Below are positions 51,202 through 64,000 of a DNA stretch of 64,000 nt, one piece after another. A program made the translations under genes and the position numbers. Within the stretch, counting starts at the first letter, position 1. Every line of letters begins with the position of its first letter. This stretch comes from Myxococcota bacterium (GTDB taxonomy: Bacteria; Myxococcota_A; SURF-8; G963663525): positions 1-64,000 of the forward strand of contig CAXXVK010000014.1 of the NCBI GenBank assembly GCA_963676915.2, given 5' to 3'. The notes beneath the pieces were generated by a model. That model did not search any database and was not told where the DNA came from. It saw only the letters and a list, made by a program, of their open reading frames with translations.

Positions 51202-52631
51202 ATGCGACAATTGAGCGGAAAACTGTGGATGCTGACGAGTCTGTTGGTTTTGTTGTTTGCGGGATGTGGAGGTGAAGACGGTTCGGACCAGACGCCGCAA
51301 GACGAGTTTGGGGATGAAGATGTCGAGAGCATGGCCGAGGAGGAAGAGGAAGTCGATCCTACGGCCTTTGTCATCGGCTATGCCGAGAGAGATATCAGTC
51401 CGCCGGTAGGAACGATTCTCGGTGGGTTCGGTGGACCGGCCCAGAATCGTGGCATTACGGATTACAACGACCCTTTGATGGGACAGGTTTTGTATCTTTC
51501 CAACAATGCCGGTCAAGCCTTTATGGTGATTTCCGTAGATACCGCCGGATACTTTTTCGAGTTCGGTGACTGGGGGCCAGGAATCAAGCAACTTCGCGAA
51601 ACCATTGAGGAAAAACTCGAAGGCATCGTGCATCTGCCTCCCGAAAATATTCTAGTCGGTGCCAGTCATAGCCACGCCGCCACCGATCTTGTAGGTTTCT
51701 GGCAAGCCGCTGGAGAGGGCGTGCCGCTCGAAGTTCTCGAACTGTACCTGACGAAAATCAGTGATGCTGCGGTTGAAGCCGTCGAATCGGCGGTGGAAGG
51801 CGAGATCTTCGTTGCAGAAGGCGAACTCGTTGGATACACGGGACGGGACAGTGATTGCAGTGAAATTATCGACAACACCGTTTCGGTTTTACAGGCGCGC
51901 GATCTGGAAGGCCAACCGTTGGCTACGCTGGTGAATTACGCCAAGCATCCAACGACGCTACCCTATGAAAACACCGTTGCGTCGGCTGATTTCATCTGGG
52001 GATTTCGGGAAGAAACGCTATTGGCTACCGGTGCTCCGGGCATGTATCTGCAAGGCTTTGTCGCCGCCGTACACGGCGGATCGAGCAGAGTTTCGGGGGC
52101 TGATTCGTTTGAAAAAGCCTATGCCATGGGTGAGTTGATTTCCCAAACGGCGCTGGATACTTTGGATCAGGCGGAAAAAGTCGAAGAATACCGCATCTAC
52201 AATCTCGAAACTCTGTATTCCTGTGAAACGTCGGAAGGGTATTTGTACGATACGTATCATTATCTCAACATGCCCAAACGGAGTATCGAAGACCTGGGAG
52301 ATGAGCTGTTGGTCAAGGAAATCCCCGTGTCCTGGCATAAGGTCGGTTCGGTGGAATTTGCCGTATTTCCCGGAGAAGGAACCCCGGAATATTCCTACGC
52401 CTTACGGGAAAGAATGACTGGCAATGCCGGGTTTATCGTCGGACTAGGAAACGATTGCCTCGGTTATATCCTCGATCCGGAATCCGTCGCCGCAGATCCT
52501 TCAGGGCAACTGGAAGGGTACGAGATGCTGATGGATTGGGCGAAAAAGCCGGTCCCTGCACCTGGAACGCGATGGAGTCCCTCGGTTGGTTCAACGGAGC
52601 TTACGAGGAAGGGAAAGAGTCCTCTAATTGA
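51202..52631 (+). CDS. Neutral/alkaline ceramidase-like lipoprotein; frameshift near the C-terminus (~52533)
   Basis: Lipobox FAGC, DISPPVG, ASHSHA, NYAKHPT, SADF, PGE and GLGND.LGYI. Restoring one G gives a C-terminus ending in TGA at 52629-52631. Confidence 0.65.
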
Positions 52632-52657
52632 GGCTTTTTTCTCCCGTTTCCGCTGAC

Positions 52658-53212
52658 TTAGAGAAACGTCACAATCTCTTCTACCGGTTTACGTTCACGA
52701 GGCTTTTGTCCCATGCCCCGGTAATTGTCGGGAAGGTGGCTTTCGTCCTCGTCGGGATATCCAACCGCCAGCAGAATCAACGGTTCTTGTTCTTTCTCAA
52801 GACCGAATTGCTTTCGGGCTTCCGTCGGAGAAAAACCGGCCATCGGGCGGGCTACCAGTCCCCGTTCGGTGGCCGCCAGCATGAGGTTCATCACGGAGAG
52901 TCCCAAATCGAACTGGTGATAAGCGCGTCCATCGCCAAGCACGCAGTCATCGGATTTTCGCGTCATCCCCAGAACCAGAAGCGGGGCACGTCCGGCCCAG
53001 TCCACATTACCACCCTTAAGCAGTTTTTCTCCTTTTCGGAGGGCGATTTCACTTTCCAGAAACAGGAAACGCCACGGTTGTTTGTTGAAGCACGAAGGCG
53101 CCAGTCTCGCCGCCTCGGCCAGTTCGCGCACGAGCTCCGAGTCAAGAGGCTTTGGGGAAATCGATCGTGTGGCGTAACGGCGTTCGAGAAGATCGTGAAG
53201 TGTTGTAGGCAT
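52658..53212 (-). CDS. Nitroreductase family protein
   Basis: Motifs RYATR, APSCFNKQPWRF and LAVGYP. Confidence 0.88.
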   Translation of the reverse strand: MPTTLHDLLERRYATRSISPKPLDSELVRELAEAARLAPSCFNKQPWRFLFLESEIALRKGEKLLKGGNVDWAGRAPLLVLGMTRKSDDCVLGDGRAYHQFDLGLSVMNLMLAATERGLVARPMAGFSPTEARKQFGLEKEQEPLILLAVGYPDEDESHLPDNYRGMGQKPRERKPVEEIVTFL

Positions 53213-53744
53213 GATACATCCTTTTTATTGGTATGTAGAAGTTCGTTTGGGTTTTTAGTACCGTTTTGGTCGTTCCTAGCTCTTCCGAAACTGAGAGTTT
53301 CGAAAAAAATCCCTTAAAAACGTTCTTTCTGTAAAAAAATAGGTCGAAAACGGAAGCTTTCAACCGGTGAATTCCGAGGAGAAAAATCGTACGAAAACTT
53401 GAAAAAAAGGGTTGTGGCCCAGTGTGGTGCGGGAAAGCGGGAACGAGAAGGTTGAAAATCACGGTAAAGTACCGAGAAAATGATGAGAATCATGTGAAGA
53501 AAAAATAAGTCATGTTGAGTAGTTGTGTTTATCAAACCACTTTTTAAAACAAAGAAACGACAAAGATTGGGAAAAAAAATTGGCGCAAAAGATGGGTTGG
53601 TGTTATGCAATTGTTGATTGGAATTCGGATTGTTCGGGCCAAAAAGTGAAAAAGGTTTGTTTGCTTGACACGTTTATTATTTCGTGTTAGGTGGCTCTCG
53701 CTTCGATGCCACGTTCTTACAAGTGGACCAAAAGGGATGTTCTG

Positions 53745-54182
53745 ATGCATGTTGATCTTCTTGATCTGAACCTCACGATCATTTACCAGTGGATTATGTT
53801 CATGATCGGCCTGCTGATCGTCTACGCATGGATTTTCAAGCCGATCCTCAAAGTGCTCGACGCTCGCGAAACGAAAGTCAAAGAGAGCGCCGAAGGTACT
53901 GTCGGTAAGGAAGCCGAAGAGCAGGAAGCCGCTTACAACAAAGCGCTGAAAAAACTGCGTAGCGAAGGTAGCGAACTTCGCCGTGGTCTTCGCGCCGAAG
54001 CGACGCTGAAAGAGCAGGATATCCTTTCCGATGCTCGTGACAAAACGCAGCAGGAATTGGCCGTTCGACGCGAGAAACTCTCGAAAGACATCGCCAAGAC
54101 CCGCGACGAACTGAAAGCCGAGCTTCCCTCCCTGACCAAAGCCATTGTGGCTCGTCTGCTTGGGAAGGAGGTCGATGCATGA
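53745..54182 (+). CDS. atpF: ATP synthase F0 subunit b'
   Basis: N-terminal TM, FKPILKVLDARE and coiled coil. First gene of the atp cluster. Confidence 0.85.
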   Translation: MHVDLLDLNLTIIYQWIMFMIGLLIVYAWIFKPILKVLDARETKVKESAEGTVGKEAEEQEAAYNKALKKLRSEGSELRRGLRAEATLKEQDILSDARDKTQQELAVRREKLSKDIAKTRDELKAELPSLTKAIVARLLGKEVDA

Positions 54183-54772
54183 AATCCCGACGTATTTTCG
54201 GACTGCTGACCTTCGCCATGATTTTTGCTTTGCCGCTCGCCGCGATGGCTGCTGGCGACGCTCATGGCGAGCACCATATTGATTGGCTCAAGTCGGTTAT
54301 TCTTCCGTTCATCAACTTGACGATGTTTCTCGTCATCCTGGTGGTGGCTCTGAAGAAGCCGTTGAAAAACTATTTCCAGAATCGTGCCCAAGAGCTTAAA
54401 GACGCACTCGAAGCCGCCGAACGCGCTGAGAAAGAAGCCAAAGCCAAACTGGCCGAGTACGGAGAGAAGATCAAGGATCTCGAAAAAGAGCGTGAAGAGC
54501 TGTTTGCCACCTTCCGCAAAGAAGCCGAAGCGGAATCCGAGCGAATCGTTGCTCGGGCGAAAGAGCGCGCTTCCAAGATTAAGGAAGATATGGAACGTTC
54601 TCTGGCCAACGAGCTTTCCTTGGCGACCAATGAACTTCGTGAAGAAACCATTCGCAACCTGGTGGTACAGGTCAGCGAAATTTTCGAAAATAAAGTTACG
54701 GACAAGGATCGAAACGCCCTGGCGGATCAAGCGATTGATCAATTGGGCGGTGCCGGTGCAGGAGAAATGTAG
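54179..54772 (+). CDS. atpF: ATP synthase F0 subunit b
   Basis: TM, KKPLKNYFQNR and coiled coil. Confidence 0.85.
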   Translation: MKSRRIFGLLTFAMIFALPLAAMAAGDAHGEHHIDWLKSVILPFINLTMFLVILVVALKKPLKNYFQNRAQELKDALEAAERAEKEAKAKLAEYGEKIKDLEKEREELFATFRKEAEAESERIVARAKERASKIKEDMERSLANELSLATNELREETIRNLVVQVSEIFENKVTDKDRNALADQAIDQLGGAGAGEM

Positions 54773-55336
54773 ATGAAGAGTTCAATCCGTAACCGAGCCT
54801 TGGCCGAGCGGTACGCCAGCGCCCTCGTCGATAGCCTTCCCAAAGTGGAAGCGGTTGATGGAGCCGTGAAGGAACTGGAACTTCTCGTGGCGGCGATCGA
54901 TGCCAGCCCCGATCTGTTACAGATTCTGAGCAATCCGGTGTTTGCGGGCGACCGGGCCGATATTGTCGCCGACGTGATCTCGAAACTGAAGACTTCCGAA
55001 CTAGTTCGGCGTTTCGTGGCATTGCTTGTCGAGCGCAACCGCATGTTGATCCTTCCCGAGATCATCAGCAGTATGAAAAGCCTGCTTCGAGAGCGTACGG
55101 GCCGCATCGAGGTCGAAGTCACATGCGCGCAGGAATTGTCCGAGGATCAGCAAAAAGCGTTGATGGTCAAACTGGCCGCGATGACGCAAAAAGCCGAGGA
55201 TGCCTTGGATTTGACGGTCGAGGTTGATCCATCCCTGTGGGGTGGTTTACGAGCAAAAATTGGTAGTGTCGTCTACGATGCTAGTTTGCGTTCCCAGTTG
55301 GAGCAAGTAGCCAGCAAACTGCGAAAGGAGATCTGA
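54773..55336 (+). CDS. atpH: ATP synthase F1 delta subunit
   Basis: Motifs AERYASAL and VDPSLWGG...DASLRSQL. Confidence 0.9.
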   Translation: MKSSIRNRALAERYASALVDSLPKVEAVDGAVKELELLVAAIDASPDLLQILSNPVFAGDRADIVADVISKLKTSELVRRFVALLVERNRMLILPEIISSMKSLLRERTGRIEVEVTCAQELSEDQQKALMVKLAAMTQKAEDALDLTVEVDPSLWGGLRAKIGSVVYDASLRSQLEQVASKLRKEI

Positions 55337-55337
55337 A

Positions 55338-57020
<1,683 letters not shown>

Positions 57021-57070
57021 TCGTACGGATTCGTGCAAGTTCATGTGATTTGAGGCCGAAAGGGTAGCCT

Positions 57071-59465
<2,395 letters not shown>

Positions 59466-59477
59466 GGAGGCGAAGGA

Positions 59478-59873
59478 ATGCTTCGAGTTACCATCGTCAC
59501 CCCGTTCGGCGAGGTCTTCGACGGCGAAACCGAACAGGTTGTGGCTCCCGGTTATGAAGGTGAATTCGGAGTGCTCGACGAGCACATCCCGTTTCTTACC
59601 CGCAGCCAACCCGGTGTTGTCACGTTGAAGCAAGGCGGAAAAGATCTTCTTTTCGCCATCGGGGAATCTTTTATCGAGGTTTCTCCGGACCGGGTGCTTG
59701 TTTTGGCCGAATCGGCGATGAGTCCCGATCAGGTCGAAAAAGATGCCGTGCAAAAGGATCTGGCAGATGCTGAAGATCGTCTAGCGAATAGCGATATGAC
59801 ACTTGACGATCCCGAGGTCATCTGTGCACAGCACGACATTCGATTGGCGGAGGCGCGGCTGCAGATTCTCTAA
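59478..59873 (+). CDS. atpC: ATP synthase F1 epsilon subunit
   Basis: Motifs IVTP and GEFGVL..H.P. Confidence 0.92.
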   Translation: MLRVTIVTPFGEVFDGETEQVVAPGYEGEFGVLDEHIPFLTRSQPGVVTLKQGGKDLLFAIGESFIEVSPDRVLVLAESAMSPDQVEKDAVQKDLADAEDRLANSDMTLDDPEVICAQHDIRLAEARLQIL

Positions 59874-59898
59874 TGAAAGAAGCTTGAATCGACTTTTT

Positions 59899-59938
59899 CA
59901 AACGCCCAAAGTGAAAATTTCTTTACTTTGGGCGTTTG
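59899..59938 (+). terminator. Stem-loop after the atp operon
   Basis: CAAACGCCCAAAGT...ACTTTGGGCGTTTG. Confidence 0.6.
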
Positions 59939-60010
59939 TCTTGTCATAAGGAAACATTCTTTTTAGCATGATGCCATATTAGGTCCGTTGTTGAATCCCG
60001 AAAAAGGAGG

Positions 60011-60607
60011 GTGCAGATGAGAAATTCTTTGGTACTGCTTCTGGTGGCTCTGGTTGTTTCGAGTGTTATTGGTTGTGCAGCCGAGCAAAAACGTCTTCCC
60101 GGCGTCGAAATCGCTCCTGAAGTCGAATTCGCTCCGCTGGCTCGTAGCGAGTACAAAATCCTGGGTACGGTCAAAGCCGAGGGTTGTGCGGCGATGACGG
60201 CTCTGTGGCCCCTGCCGATCTGGTGGGTCAGCCCCGATGAAAGCATCAGCGGTCAGAGCAGCTCTCAGGGTGGTGGCTTCGCATTCGGAATCGACGTGAC
60301 GGGTCCGGCTCGTGCCGTAGCGACCTATCGCGCACTCAATCAGATTCCCCAGGCCGATGCGCTGTTGGCTCCTCGTTACTACGAAGACATCAACAACGGA
60401 ATCTGGCACTACAAAGTGTGCTCCACGGTTTCCGCTCGTTCCATCACGATCATTCCCGATAGTGGTGAAAAAGATGAATTCTACACCGAAGGCAAAAAAC
60501 GCGATCGTGGTGAACGCAAGCATCGCGTGAAAAAACCTCGTCGTTCGCGTCGTCCGGCCTACGACGATGTGGAAGAAGAGGATCTCGGATACGACGACGA
60601 TTATTGA
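60011..60607 (+). CDS. Hypothetical lipoprotein with a basic then acidic C-terminal tail
   Basis: AGGAGG RBS and lipobox VIGC. Confidence 0.6.
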   Translation: MQMRNSLVLLLVALVVSSVIGCAAEQKRLPGVEIAPEVEFAPLARSEYKILGTVKAEGCAAMTALWPLPIWWVSPDESISGQSSSQGGGFAFGIDVTGPARAVATYRALNQIPQADALLAPRYYEDINNGIWHYKVCSTVSARSITIIPDSGEKDEFYTEGKKRDRGERKHRVKKPRRSRRPAYDDVEEEDLGYDDDY

Positions 60608-60626
60608 TCGTCCGAGAGAAACGAAC

Positions 60627-60654
60627 AAAAAACCCGTCGAAAGGCGGGTTTTTT
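60627..60654. terminator. Intrinsic terminator
   Basis: AAAAAACCCG-TCGAAAGG-CGGGTTTTTT. Confidence 0.75.
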
Positions 60655-60826
60655 TCGTTTGGATCGTTTTTATATCGAGATGAATCTTTTTGTGGTCGAA
60701 AATACATTATGATGTCCTTTTTCGTGAAAATTTCCGTATTGAAACGAAAAGAGGGTGTTTTGCGATTTACAAACCCTCCGGTTTGGAGGTATGTAGAAAG
60801 CGTACAGGCTGAACGAGGAGGATTGT

Positions 60827-61465
60827 ATGCCTGATCTGAATGTAAATATTTTCGTAACCGGTCCGTTACAGGTAAATACTCCGGTTGTCTGGTGTTCCGA
60901 AACCCGTGAGGCACTGGTCTTCGATCCCGGTGGAGGAAATTCCGAGATTCTCGGGTTGATCGACGATCACGATCTTAAGCTTCAGGCTGTGGTCAACACC
61001 CACGGACATGCCGACCATCTGGGGGGCGTTGCCGAACTGTGTAAAACGTTCAAAATACCGTTTCGAATTCACAAAGGCGACGAAATGTTGGTGCAGGAAT
61101 TTCCTCACATGGCAGCGATGTACGGATTTCGTGACGCCAAAACTCCGGAAATCGGAAGTTTTCTCGAAGATGGTGAAGAGTTGAAAGTAGGTGAATTTAC
61201 TCTGGAAGTTCGTCATACCCCTGGACACTCTCCAGGCGGCTGTGCGTTTGTCGGCGCTGGTATGGCCATTGTCGGCGATACACTGTTTCAGGGGTCCATC
61301 GGCCGGACCGATTTGCCGGGTGGCTCGTTCGAGACGCTGATGAATTCGATTCATTCGAAACTGATGACGCTTCCTGACGAGACTCGCGTGATTTGCGGGC
61401 ATATGGGAGTTACAACTATCGGTGATGAACGAAAACACAATCCCTTTATCAACGGTTCATTCTAG
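60827..61465 (+). CDS. Metallo-beta-lactamase-fold hydrolase (glyoxalase II/YcbL-like)
   Basis: Motifs THGHADH, HTPGHSPG and GDTLF.GSIGRTDLPGG. Confidence 0.9.
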   Translation: MPDLNVNIFVTGPLQVNTPVVWCSETREALVFDPGGGNSEILGLIDDHDLKLQAVVNTHGHADHLGGVAELCKTFKIPFRIHKGDEMLVQEFPHMAAMYGFRDAKTPEIGSFLEDGEELKVGEFTLEVRHTPGHSPGGCAFVGAGMAIVGDTLFQGSIGRTDLPGGSFETLMNSIHSKLMTLPDETRVICGHMGVTTIGDERKHNPFINGSF

Positions 61466-61474
61466 AGGAACCCG

Positions 61475-62158
61475 ATGACGAAATCCGTGCCGTCCCAGCT
61501 TCCCTTGCTGCCCATTCCGGGATCGGTGATCTATCCGGGCGTGGAAATCCCCGTTTCGTTGTCTGCACCAAGACTAATTCGTATGGTGCGCGACGTGCTG
61601 GGCTCCCACCGGCTGATGGTTGTAGCCTTGCAGGAGGAAATCGAATCCGGCGAACACCAGGGGGATAGCCCTGTGGAGACGGTCGGTTGTCTGTGCAAGA
61701 TCGCCGCCAGCGAATCGCTTCCCAACGGCCGATTCAACGTTACGTTGATGGGGTTGCGAAAGGTGATCATCGGGATGGAACATCAGAAATTTCCGTACCG
61801 TATCGTGGAAATCCGCGTGATGGAAAAGGAAAAGATGAGTCCTCACGAAATGGCGGCTTTTAAAAACATGCGTCAATGGATGGAGCAACGCTTGTACCAG
61901 GTCTGGTTGCAGGATATGATTCCCGGTATTCAGAAATCCGGTATGGAGCGCTTGACGAGGGTTCACGACAGCAATTTCATTGCATTGGTTGGCTTGATCC
62001 TTAGATTCAAAGGCAACGAAGTCCAACGTATTCTGGAAGAGGACGGCGCATTGGCTCGTTTGATGCGCACCCGGCAGTTTTTCGAGCAAAGGTTATTGCA
62101 GCGTTCTCGCAATACCGATACGGATCTGCCGCTGGAAGAAGGAGAACACACCCACTAA
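61475..62158 (+). CDS. Lon protease N-terminal (substrate-binding) domain protein
   Basis: Motifs LPLLP...VIYPG, VGCL and LPNGRFNV.L.G. No ATPase domain. Confidence 0.8.
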   Translation: MTKSVPSQLPLLPIPGSVIYPGVEIPVSLSAPRLIRMVRDVLGSHRLMVVALQEEIESGEHQGDSPVETVGCLCKIAASESLPNGRFNVTLMGLRKVIIGMEHQKFPYRIVEIRVMEKEKMSPHEMAAFKNMRQWMEQRLYQVWLQDMIPGIQKSGMERLTRVHDSNFIALVGLILRFKGNEVQRILEEDGALARLMRTRQFFEQRLLQRSRNTDTDLPLEEGEHTH

Positions 62159-62262
62159 GGGGGGAATCTTCCCTGCTTCCCGCTGAATGAAGATAGATAA
62201 CATTCTGTAATTGTTTGAAATACTGAAAAACACCGCAAACGACGCAAAACGAAAGAAAACCC

Positions 62263-62784
62263 ATGGCTTTGCTTGAAGTTCTGACCGTTCCCAATAAAAA
62301 ACTGAAAGAAGTCGGTGTCGAGATCAAAGATTTCGATGAGAAACTGCATACGTTTTTGGATGATATGGCCGAAACCATGTATGCCGAGAACGGCATCGGC
62401 TTGTCGGCAACCCAGGTGGGTGTTGCTCTGAAAGTCGCTACGGTGGATGTCGCCAACCGCGACGAATCCTCGCAGCTTCTTGAACTGGTCAATCCGGTGA
62501 TTGTCGAGAAAGACGGGAAAGTCGTTTCCGAAGAAGGCTGTTTGTCGGTGCCCGGCGTATGGGAAGAGGTGGAACGAGCCGAGAAAATAAAACTCGAATA
62601 TCAAGACCGACACGGTGAAAAGCAAACGCTTGAAGCCGATGGGTTGTTAAGCATCTGTATTCAGCACGAACTCGACCATCTCGACGGCAAGGTTTTCATC
62701 GATTACCTGTCGAAACTCAAGCGCAAACTGGCGGTAAAAAAAGCGCAACGAGAGGCGGCGAAGCGTAAGGAAGAACGAGGCTGA
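62263..62784 (+). CDS. def: Peptide deformylase
   Basis: Motifs GIGLSATQVG, EGCLS and QHELDHL. Confidence 0.96.
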   Translation: MALLEVLTVPNKKLKEVGVEIKDFDEKLHTFLDDMAETMYAENGIGLSATQVGVALKVATVDVANRDESSQLLELVNPVIVEKDGKVVSEEGCLSVPGVWEEVERAEKIKLEYQDRHGEKQTLEADGLLSICIQHELDHLDGKVFIDYLSKLKRKLAVKKAQREAAKRKEERG

Positions 62785-62786
62785 GA

Positions 62787-63752
62787 ATGACTCAGGGGGA
62801 TAAACGGTCGTTGCGTCTGGTGTTCTTCGGTACGCCGGAAGTGGCCGTACCGACACTCGAAGCCTTGGCCGCATCACGGCATCATGTGGTGGGTGTGGTT
62901 TGTCAACCGGATCGTCCAAAGGGGCGAGGTCGCGTGTTGATGCCGCCGCCGGTCAAACAAACCGCGCTGACACTCGGGATACCCGTCGTACAGCCGGAAA
63001 AATTGAAAAACAACCCGGAATTCATGCAGCAATTGCGCGATTGGAACGCGGATGCCTGCATCGTCATGGCCTATGGAGTCTTTTTGACCCAGGAAGTGCT
63101 CGATGTGCCTCCGTTGGGATTTTATAACGCTCACGGTTCCGTATTGCCTCGTTGGCGTGGTGCGGCTCCGTTGAACTGGGCGATTCTTTCCGGAGACGAA
63201 AGCACCGGGATCACCATCCAGAAAGTGCGGTTGAAATTCGATACCGGTCCCGTGGCTCTGGCTGAATCGGTGCCCATCGGACCCAAGGATGATACTCACA
63301 GTCTGTGGGATCAGCTTTGTCCCATCGCCGCTCGTTTGATGGTCGAAGCCATGGATCGTCTCGCGGATGGCACCATCGAATTCGTCGAGCAGGACGAATC
63401 GAAAGTTACCTGGGCGCCGATCCTGAAAAAAGAAGACGGCGAGATCGACTGGTCGAAGGGTGCCGTAGAAATCGATCGACAGATTCGTGGCTTGAAACCC
63501 TGGCCTGGGACATATACCTATCGTCAGGGAAAAATGTTGAAAATCTATCGTGCTACGCCACTGGATAATTCTCATTTTCACGCTCCTGGTAGCGTGATTT
63601 CCGTCAGCAAAAACGGCCTCGAAGTGGCCTGCGGTGAAGGCTCGTTGCTCATCGAGGAATTGCAGCTTCAGGGCGGAAAATGTATGGACGCAAGGGCGTT
63701 TCTCAATGGATGCCGGGTGGATTCCGGAGAAAGTCTGGGCCGGAAATCGTGA
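62787..63752 (+). CDS. fmt: Methionyl-tRNA formyltransferase
   Basis: Motifs FFGTPE, QPDRPKGRG and HGSVLPRWRGAAP. Confidence 0.96.
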   Translation: MTQGDKRSLRLVFFGTPEVAVPTLEALAASRHHVVGVVCQPDRPKGRGRVLMPPPVKQTALTLGIPVVQPEKLKNNPEFMQQLRDWNADACIVMAYGVFLTQEVLDVPPLGFYNAHGSVLPRWRGAAPLNWAILSGDESTGITIQKVRLKFDTGPVALAESVPIGPKDDTHSLWDQLCPIAARLMVEAMDRLADGTIEFVEQDESKVTWAPILKKEDGEIDWSKGAVEIDRQIRGLKPWPGTYTYRQGKMLKIYRATPLDNSHFHAPGSVISVSKNGLEVACGEGSLLIEELQLQGGKCMDARAFLNGCRVDSGESLGRKS

Positions 63753-64000
63753 AAGCCCGCCACGCCGCCTTTAAAATCTTAAGAAGAGTGGAACGTGAAA
63801 ACGCCTACGCCAACCGGGCCTTGGCGAGTGAGTTGGAGCGCTCTGGTTTGGACCCACGCGACAAGGCGTTGGTTACCGAAATCGTTTACGGGGTCTTGCG
63901 TCGTCAACGAACCCTGGATCATTGGATTCATTGGTTGACAGACGGCAAACGGCGCAAAATCGATGCTCCCGTTCGTGATGTGCTGCGTTTGTCGTTGTAT
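63749..64000 (+). CDS. rsmB: 16S rRNA m5C967 methyltransferase RsmB, 5' part (truncated by the window end)
   Basis: GTG overlaps the fmt stop. Translates ARHAAFKIL...AYAN...DKALVTEIVYGVLRRQRTLD (NusB-like domain). Fits def-fmt-rsmB synteny. Confidence 0.8.
   Translation, partial: MKARHAAFKILRRVERENAYANRALASELERSGLDPRDKALVTEIVYGVLRRQRTLDHWIHWLTDGKRRKIDAPVRDVLRLSLY

Noticed and set aside
53213-53744. AT-rich 530-bp gap and absence of atpB/atpE
   Set aside because: It looks like a divergent promoter region (TTGACA at 53665), and the split atp operon is normal for deltaproteobacterial lineages.

Overview
This 64 kb window is gene-dense bacterial chromosome, most consistent with an anaerobic deltaproteobacterial (Myxococcota/Desulfobacterota-like) lineage. 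That assignment rests on the split ATP synthase operon (atpF'FHAGDC without atpB/E), a ZnR-GYF-TM-TPR protein and giant Cys-rich lipoproteins. Housekeeping genes are gatB, lptD, mnmE, fabH, surE, ppiD, the atp genes and def-fmt-rsmB. Peptide and amino-acid fermentation genes are a POT transporter, iorAB, ptb-buk and a tungsten-type AOR with a MoaD-like protein and ModE. Eight or more lipoproteins carry an acidic tether after the lipobox, usually with a G-D-x-D/E motif. The most interesting items are: (1) a translationally coupled five-gene module of NosL, a small protein, a MacB/LolCDE-type ABC transporter and a Cys/His-rich membrane protein, with no nosZ in the window and a Fur-like box upstream; (2) a 202-bp MITE with 16-bp TIRs, a 9-bp TSD and an internal GTAG-REP doublet, just upstream of aor; (3) a probable sigma54-driven ~100-nt sRNA; (4) an LCIB/theta-carbonic-anhydrase-like protein; (5) a ~50-aa insertion in AtpA; (6) a MoaD-like protein lacking the terminal GG. 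About eight single-base homopolymer frameshifts look like long-read errors, and six of them fall in the NosL module. I saw no rRNA, tRNA, CRISPR array, transposase or prophage gene. All calls are by-eye motif recognition; no searches were run.
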